Part shown: positions 51,168 through 63,029 of the stretch, piece by piece
Layout of the letters: every line of letters starts with the position of its first letter
Numbering within the stretch: position 1 is the first letter of the stretch
NCBI RefSeq assembly: GCF_001194135.2
Contig: NC_068993.1
Coordinates: 10,359,215 to 10,423,214, forward strand
Length of the DNA: 64,000 nucleotides
Direction: 5' to 3'
Source: Octopus bimaculoides
Lineage: Eukaryota
The notes under the pieces: model-generated
The model's input: only the letters and a program-made list of their open reading frames with translations
Told to the model about the DNA's origin: nothing
The model's database searches: none
Made by a program: the position numbers and the translations under genes

Positions 51168-53924
51168 TGTTGAAAGAGATTAGTGATTTTATCTACCTGG
51201 TGGTGGGTCAAAAGATTGGCCTGACTGGACTGTCCCCTAAAACTTATAGAGATCCAATGAAAAATGTGTTAGGGTCATCTCGACATGTTTTCTAATTGCC
51301 AACACAATAGTACACAGTACTGACTTATACCATGTGCCTACAAGTCATTGATATTTATGTACCAATGAAAAATATGCTATATACTTACAGTTTCAAGGTC
51401 TGCTGCAAGGGGTTGAACTCCATCAGCCCTGATTACTGAATCATCATCAGTCTATAACGGAAATAGAAATAATTTAAAATCCAAATATTTTCATTTCTCT
51501 TTTATAGCTCCTCCGATAAATTATCTCTCAAAGGAGATGAAGTCACAAACAAAGCACAAAAAACAAAATGGAATTCAATTAAAATAATCTAGTTTTAAAT
51601 TCACAATCTGGTAATTTCAAATTCATAATCTTTAGCGTTAGTATACATTTCGGAATATAGAATTTTACAGACATTATTATTTTTTTTTTTTTTTACAGAA
51701 TAATAGTTGATATTGATAGTTAAAATTTTTTGATAAAAGCCCGAGGGACAACTGCCCATAATCGGGGAGCACTTGGAATCAGCAGAAACAGAAGTGATCG
51801 ATAACTGCAATGGCGTGACATCCATGCACACAAACAAACCTACAGAACTCAGGATACTCAAATGGGTATCGTATTAACATTCGTCATCCATCTGTGTTGA
51901 TATCCTAATAAAATGATTTAATAAGACATTTTCATTATTAAAACAATTAGAATAATAAAAAAAAAGTTTGGTTGACGAGGTTTCTCAGATGCATCAAACA
52001 AAAAAAAGAACCAACAAAAAAGACTGTCATCTGAAAAATTATATATCTCTTCATGTCTATCAAGCTATTTCAATTTATATATCCCAAACAATTATCAATC
52101 TCAAACAGGCCCTATAATGCCAGAAATATTTATGCTTTTACTAATATTACTAAGGTTTAAGACAGTTATTTTATTGTAATAACAAGCTGTGGTTTATAGT
52201 TAAAATGACTAATAGCTAATTCACCGTAAAAGCAGCAGGAATATATTTTCTTTAAAGACACAATGCTTCAGATTTTAGTAACAAAAAATTATAACTGGTA
52301 GTATTTGTATTTCTAAACTAATTTTGAAGGTTGGATGGAGAAGAAACACTGAAATGGATGCTATCTCTAAGTCCATACATATTTGAGCTATATATTAAAA
52401 AAAAAAAAATTAAAAAAATTGTGTTACAAGTGCTTTGAACATTTGCATTAGTGCTTCAAGTGCGATAACAAATGTTTTTAAATCTGTTTTTGGCAAGCAT
52501 ATTAGTAACAAGCAATAAATAAACAAAACAAAGTCTATCATTTAAAATTCAAGTAAAAAGAAAAAAAAATGAGAAAAGAACATTGAAAATATTTTGACTG
52601 ATGTGAAACGAATATTTAATGCAAGATAAATATTTATAAACACAAATACAAAACAAAAACAAAACGCGAAAAAAAAAAAGAAGTACGTATATCTGAAAAT
52701 ACACACAGAACTTATGTCAAACAAATAATTGGGTCACTAGGACAATAACATATAAAACAAAGTAATTGACATAGGACATCGAAATCAAATCTGCTTGGTC
52801 GAATCTACCTGTTAACTACAATCAAGATCGATGAAATGAAGGCTTACGAAAGGTGCAACAGTTTTAAGTGAGGATTGAAAACTTCAGTTAGCCTCTTGAC
52901 ATCGACTAACTATATTAAGATATCGTAAGACTTTAATCAAATACAATCGGTTGCTAAGATGAAATTTAGTAAGAAACGTAACTCCTTCATAGCTATTTGT
53001 GGAAGGTGCATAACTCTTGCACACCAACCAACAAGGGAAGTCACTTCAGATATTAGAATGCTTTTTTTTCTAAAACAAAGGAATACATTTTGTACCTTCA
53101 AGGAAGAAGTGCAACGTTTTGAGCAGAGTTCATTCCCATTCTCTCTCCACGAAGACATCTACCCAAAATGTTAGACTTCTTCTTCAAGGCATATAATTTA
53201 TTCCATTATTTGAACCTATTGCATTTTATTTACCAAAGCAGTGTTTTACATATTTGTCTGAGTATTTCTTTGTTTTCAAATTTTATTCTTATTTTCTTTA
53301 AGAGATATAGAAGCAATGCAAACATTACCTACAGAGATATGGCCAAACTCAATGATTTAAAATATCAATTTCGTTACGTTTCTGAGTTCTGTTTCAGTTG
53401 GGATAATAAAACCTAGTCCCCTGGATTATTGTTGTTGCTTAGCCTTGAGTCAATCCTTGAGTCAATCCTGACCCAACTGACCTATTCCAGCTGTACCAGG
53501 TATAGTGGACTAACGACTACATTATGAAACGTGTACCCACCCTACAAGACAATAGGTCGAGATTTGAGAGATTTTGTAGCTATCTTTAGCAAATTTGGGT
53601 GGATTGCATGGTGAGATGTGATGCAAGTCACCAAAGCAGTGAAGAACCACAGCTGCTAAGTATCCTTCATACTACTACACCTCCACCTTAGAAAGGGACA
53701 CATTCAATATGTGCCCCAGGTGTTTTTGTCCTTTTGAAAGGAGATGGGTTGCTCTCAACCAGAATGGCTTTCATGATGGATTTTTCTGAGCCAGAAATAA
53801 TCTAGGGCTAAACAAGAATAGTTAAACTGCTGAGTTGGGAGTCAACTCATTTCAATTTCTTCTCCTGCATGCATTTATGTGACCACACTAAGATGATCAT
53901 TTAATTTCAAATAGTCACATATAA

Positions 53925-54115
53925 TTTTTTCTACTCTAGGCACAAGGCCCGAAATTTTTGAGGAGGGGGGCCAGTCAATTAGATTGACCCCCCCAGCAAC
54001 TGGTACTTAATTTATCGACCCCGAAAAGAAGAAAGGCACAGTTGACTTCGGCGGAATTTGAACTCAGAACGTAGAGACAGACGAAATACTGCTAAGCATT
54101 TCGCGCAGCTTGCTG
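53925..54115 (-). mobile_element. SINE family A
   Basis: Matches the unit at 1916-2141. Confidence 0.85.
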
Positions 54116-54522
54116 CTTTAAATAGTTACATATGAGAAAAAACGGTGTATGTAAATGAACTGATAGCTGTTTTTATTAATGGTACTAAATTCAATGACTT
54201 AAAAATTAACCTCTCATTGAGACAGTAATAAATATTGACATAAGTAGATTTTGAAAGATCTAATTTTACTATTGCAAGTTCTCTTTACAATTCTGCATTA
54301 TAGTCACACACATACACGCAAACAAAAACACAAAAAGGAGCCTACATGTGACTGTATTCAAAGGTGTTTACTAATACTAGCTAACACATTGGTGCTCACT
54401 AAGTGAAAAACAAATCTAATTCTTGACAGACTAATTGTACAAACACAAAACAGAGAAAACAACATAAAACGAAACGACAACACGAAGAACACAAGGAAAT
54501 CCTTTGAGAGAGAGCGCTGTAC

Positions 54523-54759
54523 CATTTTGTCAAGACGGTCTTCGGAATTTGATAGTTTATCATTTATGCCCTTTTTCTTTCTCTCCTTCTCCTCCTTTTC
54601 TCGCCTCTTCCGTTCCTCCTCCTCCCTCTTCTTTTGTTCCTTCTCTCGCTTTTTGTCCTCCTTGTTGGAAGGAGGCCTTTTGAGGTAGGAGATGGGCATA
54701 CCACCTTCTGTGGACCTTGCGTCATATTCTCCACCTGAGTAGTCGGCAGTCTTAATACT
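54523..54759 (-). CDS. cora: Variable-region exon with K/E/R-rich charged helix (SIKTADYSGGEY...KEDKKREKEQKKREEEERKRREKEEKERKKKG...LDKM)
   Basis: ctactttcag|AGT acceptor, phase 0, 237 nt open. The donor ATG|GTACAG is only moderate, so the 3' boundary is less sure. A second in-frame acceptor lies 15 nt upstream. Confidence 0.82.
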
Positions 54760-55539
54760 CTGAAAGTAGACATTCTAACACATGCAAATCAAACAACAAA
54801 ACCACAAATACCCAGAGCGCAAGACGCAGTAAACAAGCAAGGGCGTGTGAAATGGGGACGCCTGTAAGTGCACTTGGTGCATGAAGCAGATTTAAGACAA
54901 CACTGTGAAATGGTGTTAGATTAAAACTCAACAGGAAACAAATCACAAATATAAAACAACTCAATCTAGTGCTCCTATCTATACGATATGGTGGTGGGTG
55001 ACAAAGAGAGAGGAAGGAGTAGAAGAGTAAGATGGCTAGAAAGTGAGGAGGGACTAAAGAGAGAGTGTGTGAGAGTGGAGTTTGTGGCAGGAGAAGAGTA
55101 GAGCTGGTGCACGAAGGGAAAGTGGAGCTAGTGTATGAGAGAAAAATGGAGCTGGTGTAGGGAAGAAAAGTGTAGCTACTGGAAAGAGGTAAGTGTAGCA
55201 AGTGGGAGGGGGAAAAAGAATGGAGCTTATCTCAGTGGGAGCTCACAAAGGAAAGTGTAGAGGGAAGACTAGAGTTGATGTGTTTGTGTGTGTGTAAAAG
55301 TGGAGCCTAAGGAGAAAGTGTTAGGTGACAGAATGGCAGATGCATGAATCTACATACTACAGGATAAAGCTGATGACTGGTTATAATATATATATATATA
55401 TATATATTCCACAATGCATGGCACATTACATCAGGATAAACAATGAAGTTAATCCCAGAACATTTGTTAGTCAAGAATAAAGATTATAACAATTACAATT
55501 ATTGAAATCATTTCTTACATTAGTATAATGTCACACATT

Positions 55540-56340
55540 CTGGACACGAGGCACAGTTGATTAAATAGACTCCCAGTACTAGACTGATACTTATTTTATC
55601 AACCTCAGAACGATGATAGGCTAAGTGAACCTCAGCAGGATTTGAACTCGAAATGTAAAGGGGTATGACTAAATACTGCTAAGCATTTTGTCTATTTTTT
55701 GGCACTCACTGACCTCATAATACTAATGGTTTCAAATTTTGGCACAAGGCCAACAATTTCAGAGGCTGGGATAAGTCAGTTGCATCGACCCCAGTGTTCA
55801 ACTGGTATTTTATCGACCCTGAAAGGATGAAAGGCAAAGTCGACTTCGGCAGAGTTTGAACTCAGAACATCCTTTAAGATGAACAAAATGCTGCTAAGTA
55901 TTTTGCCTGGCATGCTAATGATTCTGCCAAGGCACAAGGCCAGAAACTTTTGGTGAGGGGGAGGAGGAGGGGGGGGGGGGGGGGGCTAGTCAATTTTTAT
56001 TGAACACAATGCTCAATTGGTACTTACTTTAATCAACCCTGAAAGGATGAAAGGCAAAGTCTACCTCGGCTGAATTTGAACTCAGAATGTAAGAGTTGGG
56101 ACATACTGCAAAGCATTGTTCCAATTGCTCTACTGATTCTGCCAGTTCATTGCCTTTTTCAAAATTCAACTTTTGATTTAGGCACAAGGCCAGCAATTGT
56201 GAGAGAAGTGAGGTTAATTGCTTAAAATGACCCCAGGAGGGATGAAAGGCCAAGTTAACCTTGGTGGAATCTGACTTCAAGAACGTAAATAATCAGTACT
56301 GTGGAGCTTTTTATTTGACACTAATGATTCTCCCAGTTTA
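55540..56340 (-). mobile_element. Array of about 4 SINE family A copies
   Basis: Repeated ggcacaaggcc...gaaaggatgaaaggcaaag...tttgaactcagaa unit. Confidence 0.8.
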
Positions 56341-57127
56341 ATGGGGATTTTTTTAATAATGAAAATAATGGTAATAATACAATCAAAACATTTACATTAG
56401 GTCAATATTAAGATGGAAGGTAGGCAAAGAGGCTGAGCAGTGAAATTGCTACACTTGATCCCAAAGCCAAAAAAATTAGAATCCTGTTTATGGCATCACT
56501 TTAATTTAAAAGCATATTGGTTGAAAAACAGGGTAAATAAAATCCATATAATAAATATATAATAAAAATAAATTATTAGTTGTGAGTAATGCTTATTGGT
56601 CCAAGAGCTAGGCTACCGACAAAAAAGCCACCAGTCCAAAATATATTTCAATCTTTATGCAATAAACATTAATGAAAGGCAGGAGCTGACAGAAGCAAGC
56701 CAGTTTATCAATCTTAGGCAGTTAATATCACTAATGATGGTAGGTTTAGAAACAAACTAGACTGTAGCATGTATGAGGTCAGAATGGCATTTGAAAGTCT
56801 GAGAGAGCGACTGTGGAAACATCAGGTGTTTGTCAATCCAGTGCAAAATATACCTAGGAATAGTATCATCTAGGATGGGCAGCATGGCTGATATATGATG
56901 TGAAGGAGGAAAATAAAAACAAAAAATGGAACTGCCCTGCATTCATGATGTGTCACTTGAGAGAGATCATGAACATCACTTCATCAGATGGATAGCCAAG
57001 GTCAGGAAGCACCTTCATTCTAGCATGAGAGAGATACTGGTGTAATAAACCTCCACCGGATTGTACATGTCCAAAGAATTGAAGGAGCTTGGTTACCAAG
57101 ACAAAGATTGGCTAAATGTAACATCAG

Positions 57128-57469
57128 GTAAAGGTAAAGACCCCCTTTGGTCATGAACGACCATAGAATGCACCTACAAAGTTCCCCCTCCAAGGCACAA
57201 GTCTGGGCAAAGCTGTTTATGACCAGCAGTCAGCCATGCACACTAGCCTCTCCTCTTCATGGCACCGATGTTATCCAAGAAAAAGGTAAAGACTGACACA
57301 GCTTGGCACCAGTGACATCGCAACTCATTTCCACAGCTGAGTGAAGTGAAGTCACGTGAAATAAAGTGTCTTGCTCAAGAATACAACACACAGCCTGGTC
57401 CAGGAATTAAACTCACTACCTCATGATCGTGAGCCTGACGCTCTAACCACCGAGCCATGTGCCTTCACC
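57128..57469 (-). mobile_element. tRNA-derived CORE-type SINE family D with TSD
   Basis: The reverse strand has TGGCTCGGTGG, gttcttgagcaagacacttt-like core and a (TTTACC)n tail. It is flanked by a 14-bp TSD AAATGTAA(C/T)ATCAG at 57114-57127 and 57470-57483. Confidence 0.85.
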
Positions 57470-58211
57470 AAATGTAATATCAGAAGACTGGACAACGACA
57501 AGTAGAACTGTGCCAACTTAGGACAAGATCCAGTGGTAGAGATCAATTTACTTTTGATAGTATGCTTCATAGACACAGTCATTATTAACTATTGACAGAC
57601 TATTTACGAAACAATAAACATTACTGCTTCACCTAACATTACTGCACAGAGTCAAAAATAGGGGATACTCTCACTTTTTGGATGAATAAGAACAATCAGT
57701 GAATTTCAGAACTACTTTCTCCATCCACAGAATACAAAAATATCCTCCCTCACTTGGGAAAATTAAATCAGAAAAAAAAAAGTTGCCACATCTTTTAACA
57801 GAATTTATTTTAAAAATGTTTTTTTTTTTTTTGATCAGTAGACAAATACCTTAATAATTAATAAAATTGAAGCCTTTTGTTTTAAGGAAGTTAAATTTAG
57901 TGGCATTGCTTCTTTATTTTTTTTTTTAGTAAAGATTAAATATATATAAAAAAATTCAAACCCACCAACATTCTATAAATCAGGAGATCATCAACTATCA
58001 ACTGATAGTGTGATAGTGCAAAACAACTAAAACAAATATAAGTCAAAGTGCTAAATAAATTAACAATCAGATCACTTTGAAAGGATGCAATATAAGAACT
58101 AATGAACCAAAAACTGACATCTGAAAACTGATACGAAGGGTGGGGTAAAAAAAAAAAACAACCTAACACACTGAAAAACGATAAAAATAACATTGAAAAT
58201 AGTTGTCTTAC

Positions 58212-58447
58212 GTCTGGAGAGCCTGGTCTATCATATCTGTCAGTCTCGTTAACGTTGGGGAGAGAGACCACTTTACCATCTTCATTGCCGCCGTACTGGT
58301 TTTGCATGCCCCATCCTGGATAGGTGGCTGGATCACCATGTTTTTTGTCACGTCGGTCTCGTCCATCATGGCGAGGAAGTGTAGCAATAATTGGATAGTC
58401 ACCAGCAGATCCGAAAGACTCAGTGCTTGCAATGCGATCACGGTTGA
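58212..58447 (-). CDS. cora: Post-FA exon (..NRDRIASTESFGSAGDYPIIATLPRHDGRDRRDKKHG...DRPGSPD)
   Basis: ctccccttTGCAG|TC acceptor and GAC|GTAAGA donor. 236 nt = 2 nt + 78 codons, open frame, GC-rich relative to flanks. Confidence 0.9.
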
Positions 58448-59700
58448 CTGCAAAGGGGAGAGAGAGAGAGAGTATAATGAAATTCATGGAATGAGAACGT
58501 TGGGTGTAGCTGTTTAGATGCTGGTGATTTGGCGTGGCTTATGGGAAATTTGACCTGTTTTGGTGAAAGTACTTTTTGGCACTGGAGGCAGACAGACATA
58601 CACGCATGCATACAGAAATATACACATACAGATTAAGGGAGAGAGATAGTAATAATTTAAAAGCTTATGGCTGAAGTCAAACCAGGTTCAATTTTTTCTC
58701 AGCACAGAGTAAATGGTTAATCATAATAAAAAAAAACTAACCATCTTTTGTTGTTCTCTTCTTTTTGTTTCAGCCATTAGACTGTGGCCATGCTGGAGCA
58801 CTACTTTGAAGAATTTTTAGCCAAATGAATCAATCACAGTATTTTTTTTAAAATTGTTTTTTTAAGCCTGGTCCTTATTCTATTGGTCTCCTTTGCTGAA
58901 CTGCTAAATTGTGAGTGGGTGGTAGGGAACAGACACAGAAACACACACACACACACATATATATATATATGATGGGCTTCCCAAGACTATAGAAGACACT
59001 TGCCCAAGATGCCATGCAATGGAACTGAACCCAGAACCATGTGGTTGGGAGGCAAACTTCTTACCATACAACCATGGCAATCAGCATGACATTCTGGTTT
59101 AAGCACTTCATACAACCTTTGATAGTTTTTTTAATATTTTTTTGTCATTTTCAGAAAATTTTTGTAAATTGTGCATATGATTTAAGGGCAATTTAGCTGC
59201 TGTTTTTAGCACATCACACAACCATCTGATATCTTCCTGGCTTCTTTATCACTCTGACATGTACTAATGTTTTTCAATATTTTTCTCCCCATAAACACAT
59301 TTAATGGTTCTTTGCTGGTATATGAGCTAAATATTTGGACAGCCTGTATTTAAGAAAAAAAAAAAAAATGGAAAAANNNNNNNNNNNNNNNNNNNNNNNN
59401 NNNNNNNNNNNNNNNNNNNNNNNNNNNNNNNNNNNNNNNNNNNNNNNNNNNNNNNNNNNNNNNNNNNNNNNNNNNNNNNNNNNNNNNNNNNNNNNNNNNN
59501 NNNNNNNNNNNNNNNNNNNNNNNNNNNNNNNNNNNNNNNNNNNNNNNNNNNNNNNNNNNNNNNNNNNNNNNNNNNNNNNNNNNNNNNNNNNNNNNNNNNN
59601 NNNNNNNNNNNNNNNNNNNNNNNNNNNNNNNNNNNNNNNNNNNNNNNNNNNNNNNNNNNNNNNNNNNNNNNNNNNNNNNNNNNNNNNNNNNNNNNNNNNN

Positions 59701-59868
59701 CGATCATAATTGTAAGACTGGGCATATTTCCCACCACGATTGAAATGAGGGTTCTGTCTATCAATTGTATCTAGGCGTGTCTGATATTGTGTACGGCCAG
59801 AGTAGCGGAACTTAGAACCAAACCTTGGGAATACATTTGCAGGTTTTGATGATTCTGGTTCTTTCAGC
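59701..59868 (-). CDS. cora: FERM-adjacent (FA) exon (RLKEPESSKPANVFPRFGSKFRYSGRTQYQT...); 3' end lost in the N gap
   Basis: cctctag|G acceptor continues the phase-2 Arg codon. FGSKFRYSGRTQ is the FA-domain signature. The donor is not visible (gap 59377-59700) and must be phase 1 to join the next exon. Confidence 0.93.
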
Positions 59869-60513
59869 CTAGAGGGGAAAAAGAAAAAAGAAAAAAGACA
59901 AAAGGTTAACATAAAAAATATGCAATATGATGGGATTCTTTCAGTTTCCATCTACCAAATTCCTCACAAGGCTTTTTGGTCAACCAGGGACTATAATAGT
60001 AGACACTTGCCCAAGGTGCTGTGCAGTGGGACCATGTAGCTGGGAAGCAAATTTCTTACTACAGAGTTGCAGCTGCACCTCAAAATCCTTTAAGGAATTG
60101 CTGTTTAGCGCCAGGTCAGTCCTCATTGAGAAGGATCTATGGTCATCAAGACCACCCCATTTTATTTTCAGACATGAAAAGAAGCATCAAACTAAGTAAA
60201 ATCGCTGTCTTCCACACATACAGGCTTGTCCTTTTCGGGTGCTGGTGCCACTTAAAAAGTGCCAGTGGAATGTAATATGCACCCACTACACACAGTTATG
60301 TGGTTGGCATTAGGAAGGGCATCCAACCATACAGACCGATCCACAATGGACAAACTGGAGCCTGGACAGCTTCCTGCTAGCCAGCTCCATGTCAAACCGT
60401 CCACCCCTCACCAGCATGGAAAGTGGATGTTAAATGACGACAACAACAACGACGATGATGATGATAAATGCATCAAGACTACTGTCCAAATTAAGTTTCT
60501 TTTTAATGCACCT

Positions 60514-60779
60514 GTTGTTGTTGGCACTTACGACGTTGAGGGTTCCAGTTGATCCGATCAACGGAACAGCCTGCTCGTGAAATTAATGTGCAAGTGGCTC
60601 AGCATTCCACAGACACGTGTATCCTTAACGTAGTTCTCGGGGATATTCAGCGTGACACAGTGTGACAAGGCTGACCCTTTGAATTACAGGCACAACAGAA
60701 ACAGGAAGTAAGAGTGGGACTGAACCTGGAACCATGTGGTTGGGAAGCAAACTTCTTCTTACCACACAGCCACACCTAA
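60514..60779 (-). mobile_element. Chimeric SINE: family B tRNA head joined to family C 3' half
   Basis: 60514-60714 is the reverse complement of ~50975-51165. 60715-60779 matches the head of 2783-3184. Confidence 0.8.
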
Positions 60780-60853
60780 TACACATAATATAAATAATAC
60801 ACATAATATAAATTCCTCATCCCAGAAATATAGAATTGTAAGATCAAGTTTAC

Positions 60854-60951
60854 CTGAAAAATGTGTGATGTTCAACACAGGTTTTCCAGAGCCGTTTTGC
60901 AAGATGGTGATGTTCCAATTTGAATGAAACTAGAGTATCTAATTTCTCAAA
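60854..60951 (-). CDS. cora: Protein 4.1/Coracle exon, end of FERM domain (FEKLDTLVSFKLEHHHLAKRLWKTCVEHHTFFR)
   Basis: Not in the ORF track; translated by hand. ttttcag|TTT ... TTC AG|GTAAAC, 98 nt, phase 0-2. AKRLWK.CVEHHTFFR motif. Confidence 0.97.
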
Positions 60952-61339
60952 CTGAAAATAAAAATTAATATTAGTCAATAAAATATGGTAATTAATTAAG
61001 AGTAACTGCAAGGTGGTCATGCTGGAGCAGTACTGCGCTGAGGGTTTAGCTGATCAGATTAACCCCAGTAGTAATATCAACCTGGTATTTATTCTAATGA
61101 TTTCTATGGCGATATGCTCTATTGTAGATTTTCTAAGCCGGGGCAGCATGCAAAGAAAATAATGACCCCCCCACCTCTCAAAGAAAGAAAAAACTTATCC
61201 AAATTTACAAACAGAAAACTGAAATCTATCATGAAACCCTTTGCAAGTCCTTAAAAAAAAAAAGAGTTGAAAAGCAGGCCTACTAGATTAGGGTTTATTT
61301 GACTATAAACAACAACATAGAACCAAAGGCAATACTTAC

Positions 61340-61492
61340 TTCAGTGGGTCGAAGTTTGATGCCGAAATTTTTCCGCTTATAAGAAATTTTCAAAATCTTT
61401 GGCCATGAAAAACGGTTAATCCGAAGTTTGTCCTTATAAACCATAAGACCACTGGCACAAACTCCAAGGAGAATATCCACATTGTTGGAATC
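61340..61492 (-). CDS. cora: Protein 4.1/Coracle exon, FERM C-lobe ([51 protein letters not shown])
   Basis: ttttag|GAT ... GAA|GTAAGT, 153 nt, phase 0-0. Contains the canonical LGVCASGL...[16 protein letters not shown] motif. Confidence 0.98.
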
Positions 61493-62211
61493 CTAAAAAT
61501 AGACAGAAAATATTAAACTACTGCAAATTTATGAGAATTATATAAGTATGTAATATCTTTTATCTGTTTCAGTCGTAAAAGTGTGGCCATGTTGGAGCAC
61601 CACCTTGAAGAACTTTTTAGTTAAATGAATCAAACCCAGCACTTATTTTTTTTTTTTTTAAAGGCCTGGTTCTTATTCTATCGGTTGCTTTTGGCTGAGC
61701 TGCTAAATTACAGGGATGTAAACACACTAACACCAGTTGTCAAGTAGTGGTGACACACACACACACACACACACACAATGGGTTTCTTTTAGTTTCCATC
61801 TACCAAATTCACTCACTAGGCTTTGGTCATCCCAAGCTATAGTAGAAGACACTTGTCCAAGGTGTGACGCAGTGGGGTTGAACCCGGAACCATGAGGTCA
61901 GGAAGCAAGCATATATTTCATGTGTATGTTGGTGACTGTATTTTCACTTTATAGGGTTAGTTTTCTCATTTGCTGATTACAGTAGAACCAGTTCCAATAA
62001 ACACTCACACACACATGTAGATAGACAGATGGATATATAACATGAGTTATATATCATCGACCTCTTAAGAAAAATATTTGTCCCTTCACCCTCTTCATTG
62101 AAATTTCTAGAATGTTAGATTTGGCCATTTTATAATCTTTCCTCTCAATGCCCTAAAAAAAAAAAAAAAAAATTTTTGTTTAATCAGAGTGAAGCACACT
62201 TGAGTACGTAC

Positions 62212-62299
62212 TTTGGCTTCATGCAGGTCTACTCCATACATTGCAAGTTTCTTTGCATTTTCAAGGTAGTGAAGTTCTGCTTCCTCAGGTGTTTGTCCC
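62212..62299 (-). CDS. cora: Protein 4.1/Coracle exon, FERM central-to-C lobe ([29 protein letters not shown])
   Basis: Acceptor tttcag (AG at 62301-62300) and donor AAA|GTACGT. 88 nt = 1 nt + 29 codons. The peptide matches the EPB41-family motif [23 protein letters not shown]. The upstream exon was not found (gap or outside the window). Confidence 0.97.
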
Positions 62300-62961
62300 C
62301 TGAAACGAGAAAACAATCAATTGGTTCATAANNNNNNNNNNNNNNNNNNNNNNNNNNNNNNNNNNNNNNNNNNNNNNNNNNNNNNNNNNNNNNNNNNNNN
62401 NNNNNNNNNNNNNNNNNNNNNNNNNNNNNNNNNNNNNNNNNNNNNNNNNNNNNNNNNNNNNNNNNNNNNNNNNNNNNNNNNNNNNNNNNNNNNNNNNNNN
62501 NNNNNNNNNNNNNNNNNNNNNNNNNNNNNNNNNNNNNNNNNNNNNNNNNNNNNNNNNNNNNNNNNNNNNNNNNNNNNNNNNNNNNNNNNNNNNNNNNNNN
62601 NNNNNNNNNNNNNNNNNNNNNNNNNNNNNNNNNNNNNNNNNNNNNNNNNNNNNNNNNNNNNNNNNNNNNNNNNNNNNNNNNNNNNNNNNNNNNNNNNNNN
62701 NNCTGGATTGCCTCGTACTTATATGTTTAACCTTGGTGTACCTGCTGATGAAGACTTTGCCTAGCAAATTATTTTATTTGCTAAAAAGAGTTCTGAAACC
62801 ATGGTCCAGGAGACAGATGGTAATTGTTTTTATTTTTCATTCCCTTCGAAGCTTTATCCCTAATAGTAGTTGGGATTTTAGCTGTTCCTTCTAGCATGCA
62901 AAGAATCCTATGACAGATACCTCTTATGTGTTTAAATGTACACTGTGTATGTGTGTGTGTG

Positions 62962-62995
<34 letters not shown>

Positions 62996-63029
62996 NNNNN
63001 NNNNNNNNNNNNNNNNNNNNNNNNCTAAC

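Noticed and set aside
54813-54862. Possible 50-nt exon (cacttacag|GCG...TGG|GTATTT)
   Set aside because: It is not frame-preserving and has no homology support, though it could be a poison exon.
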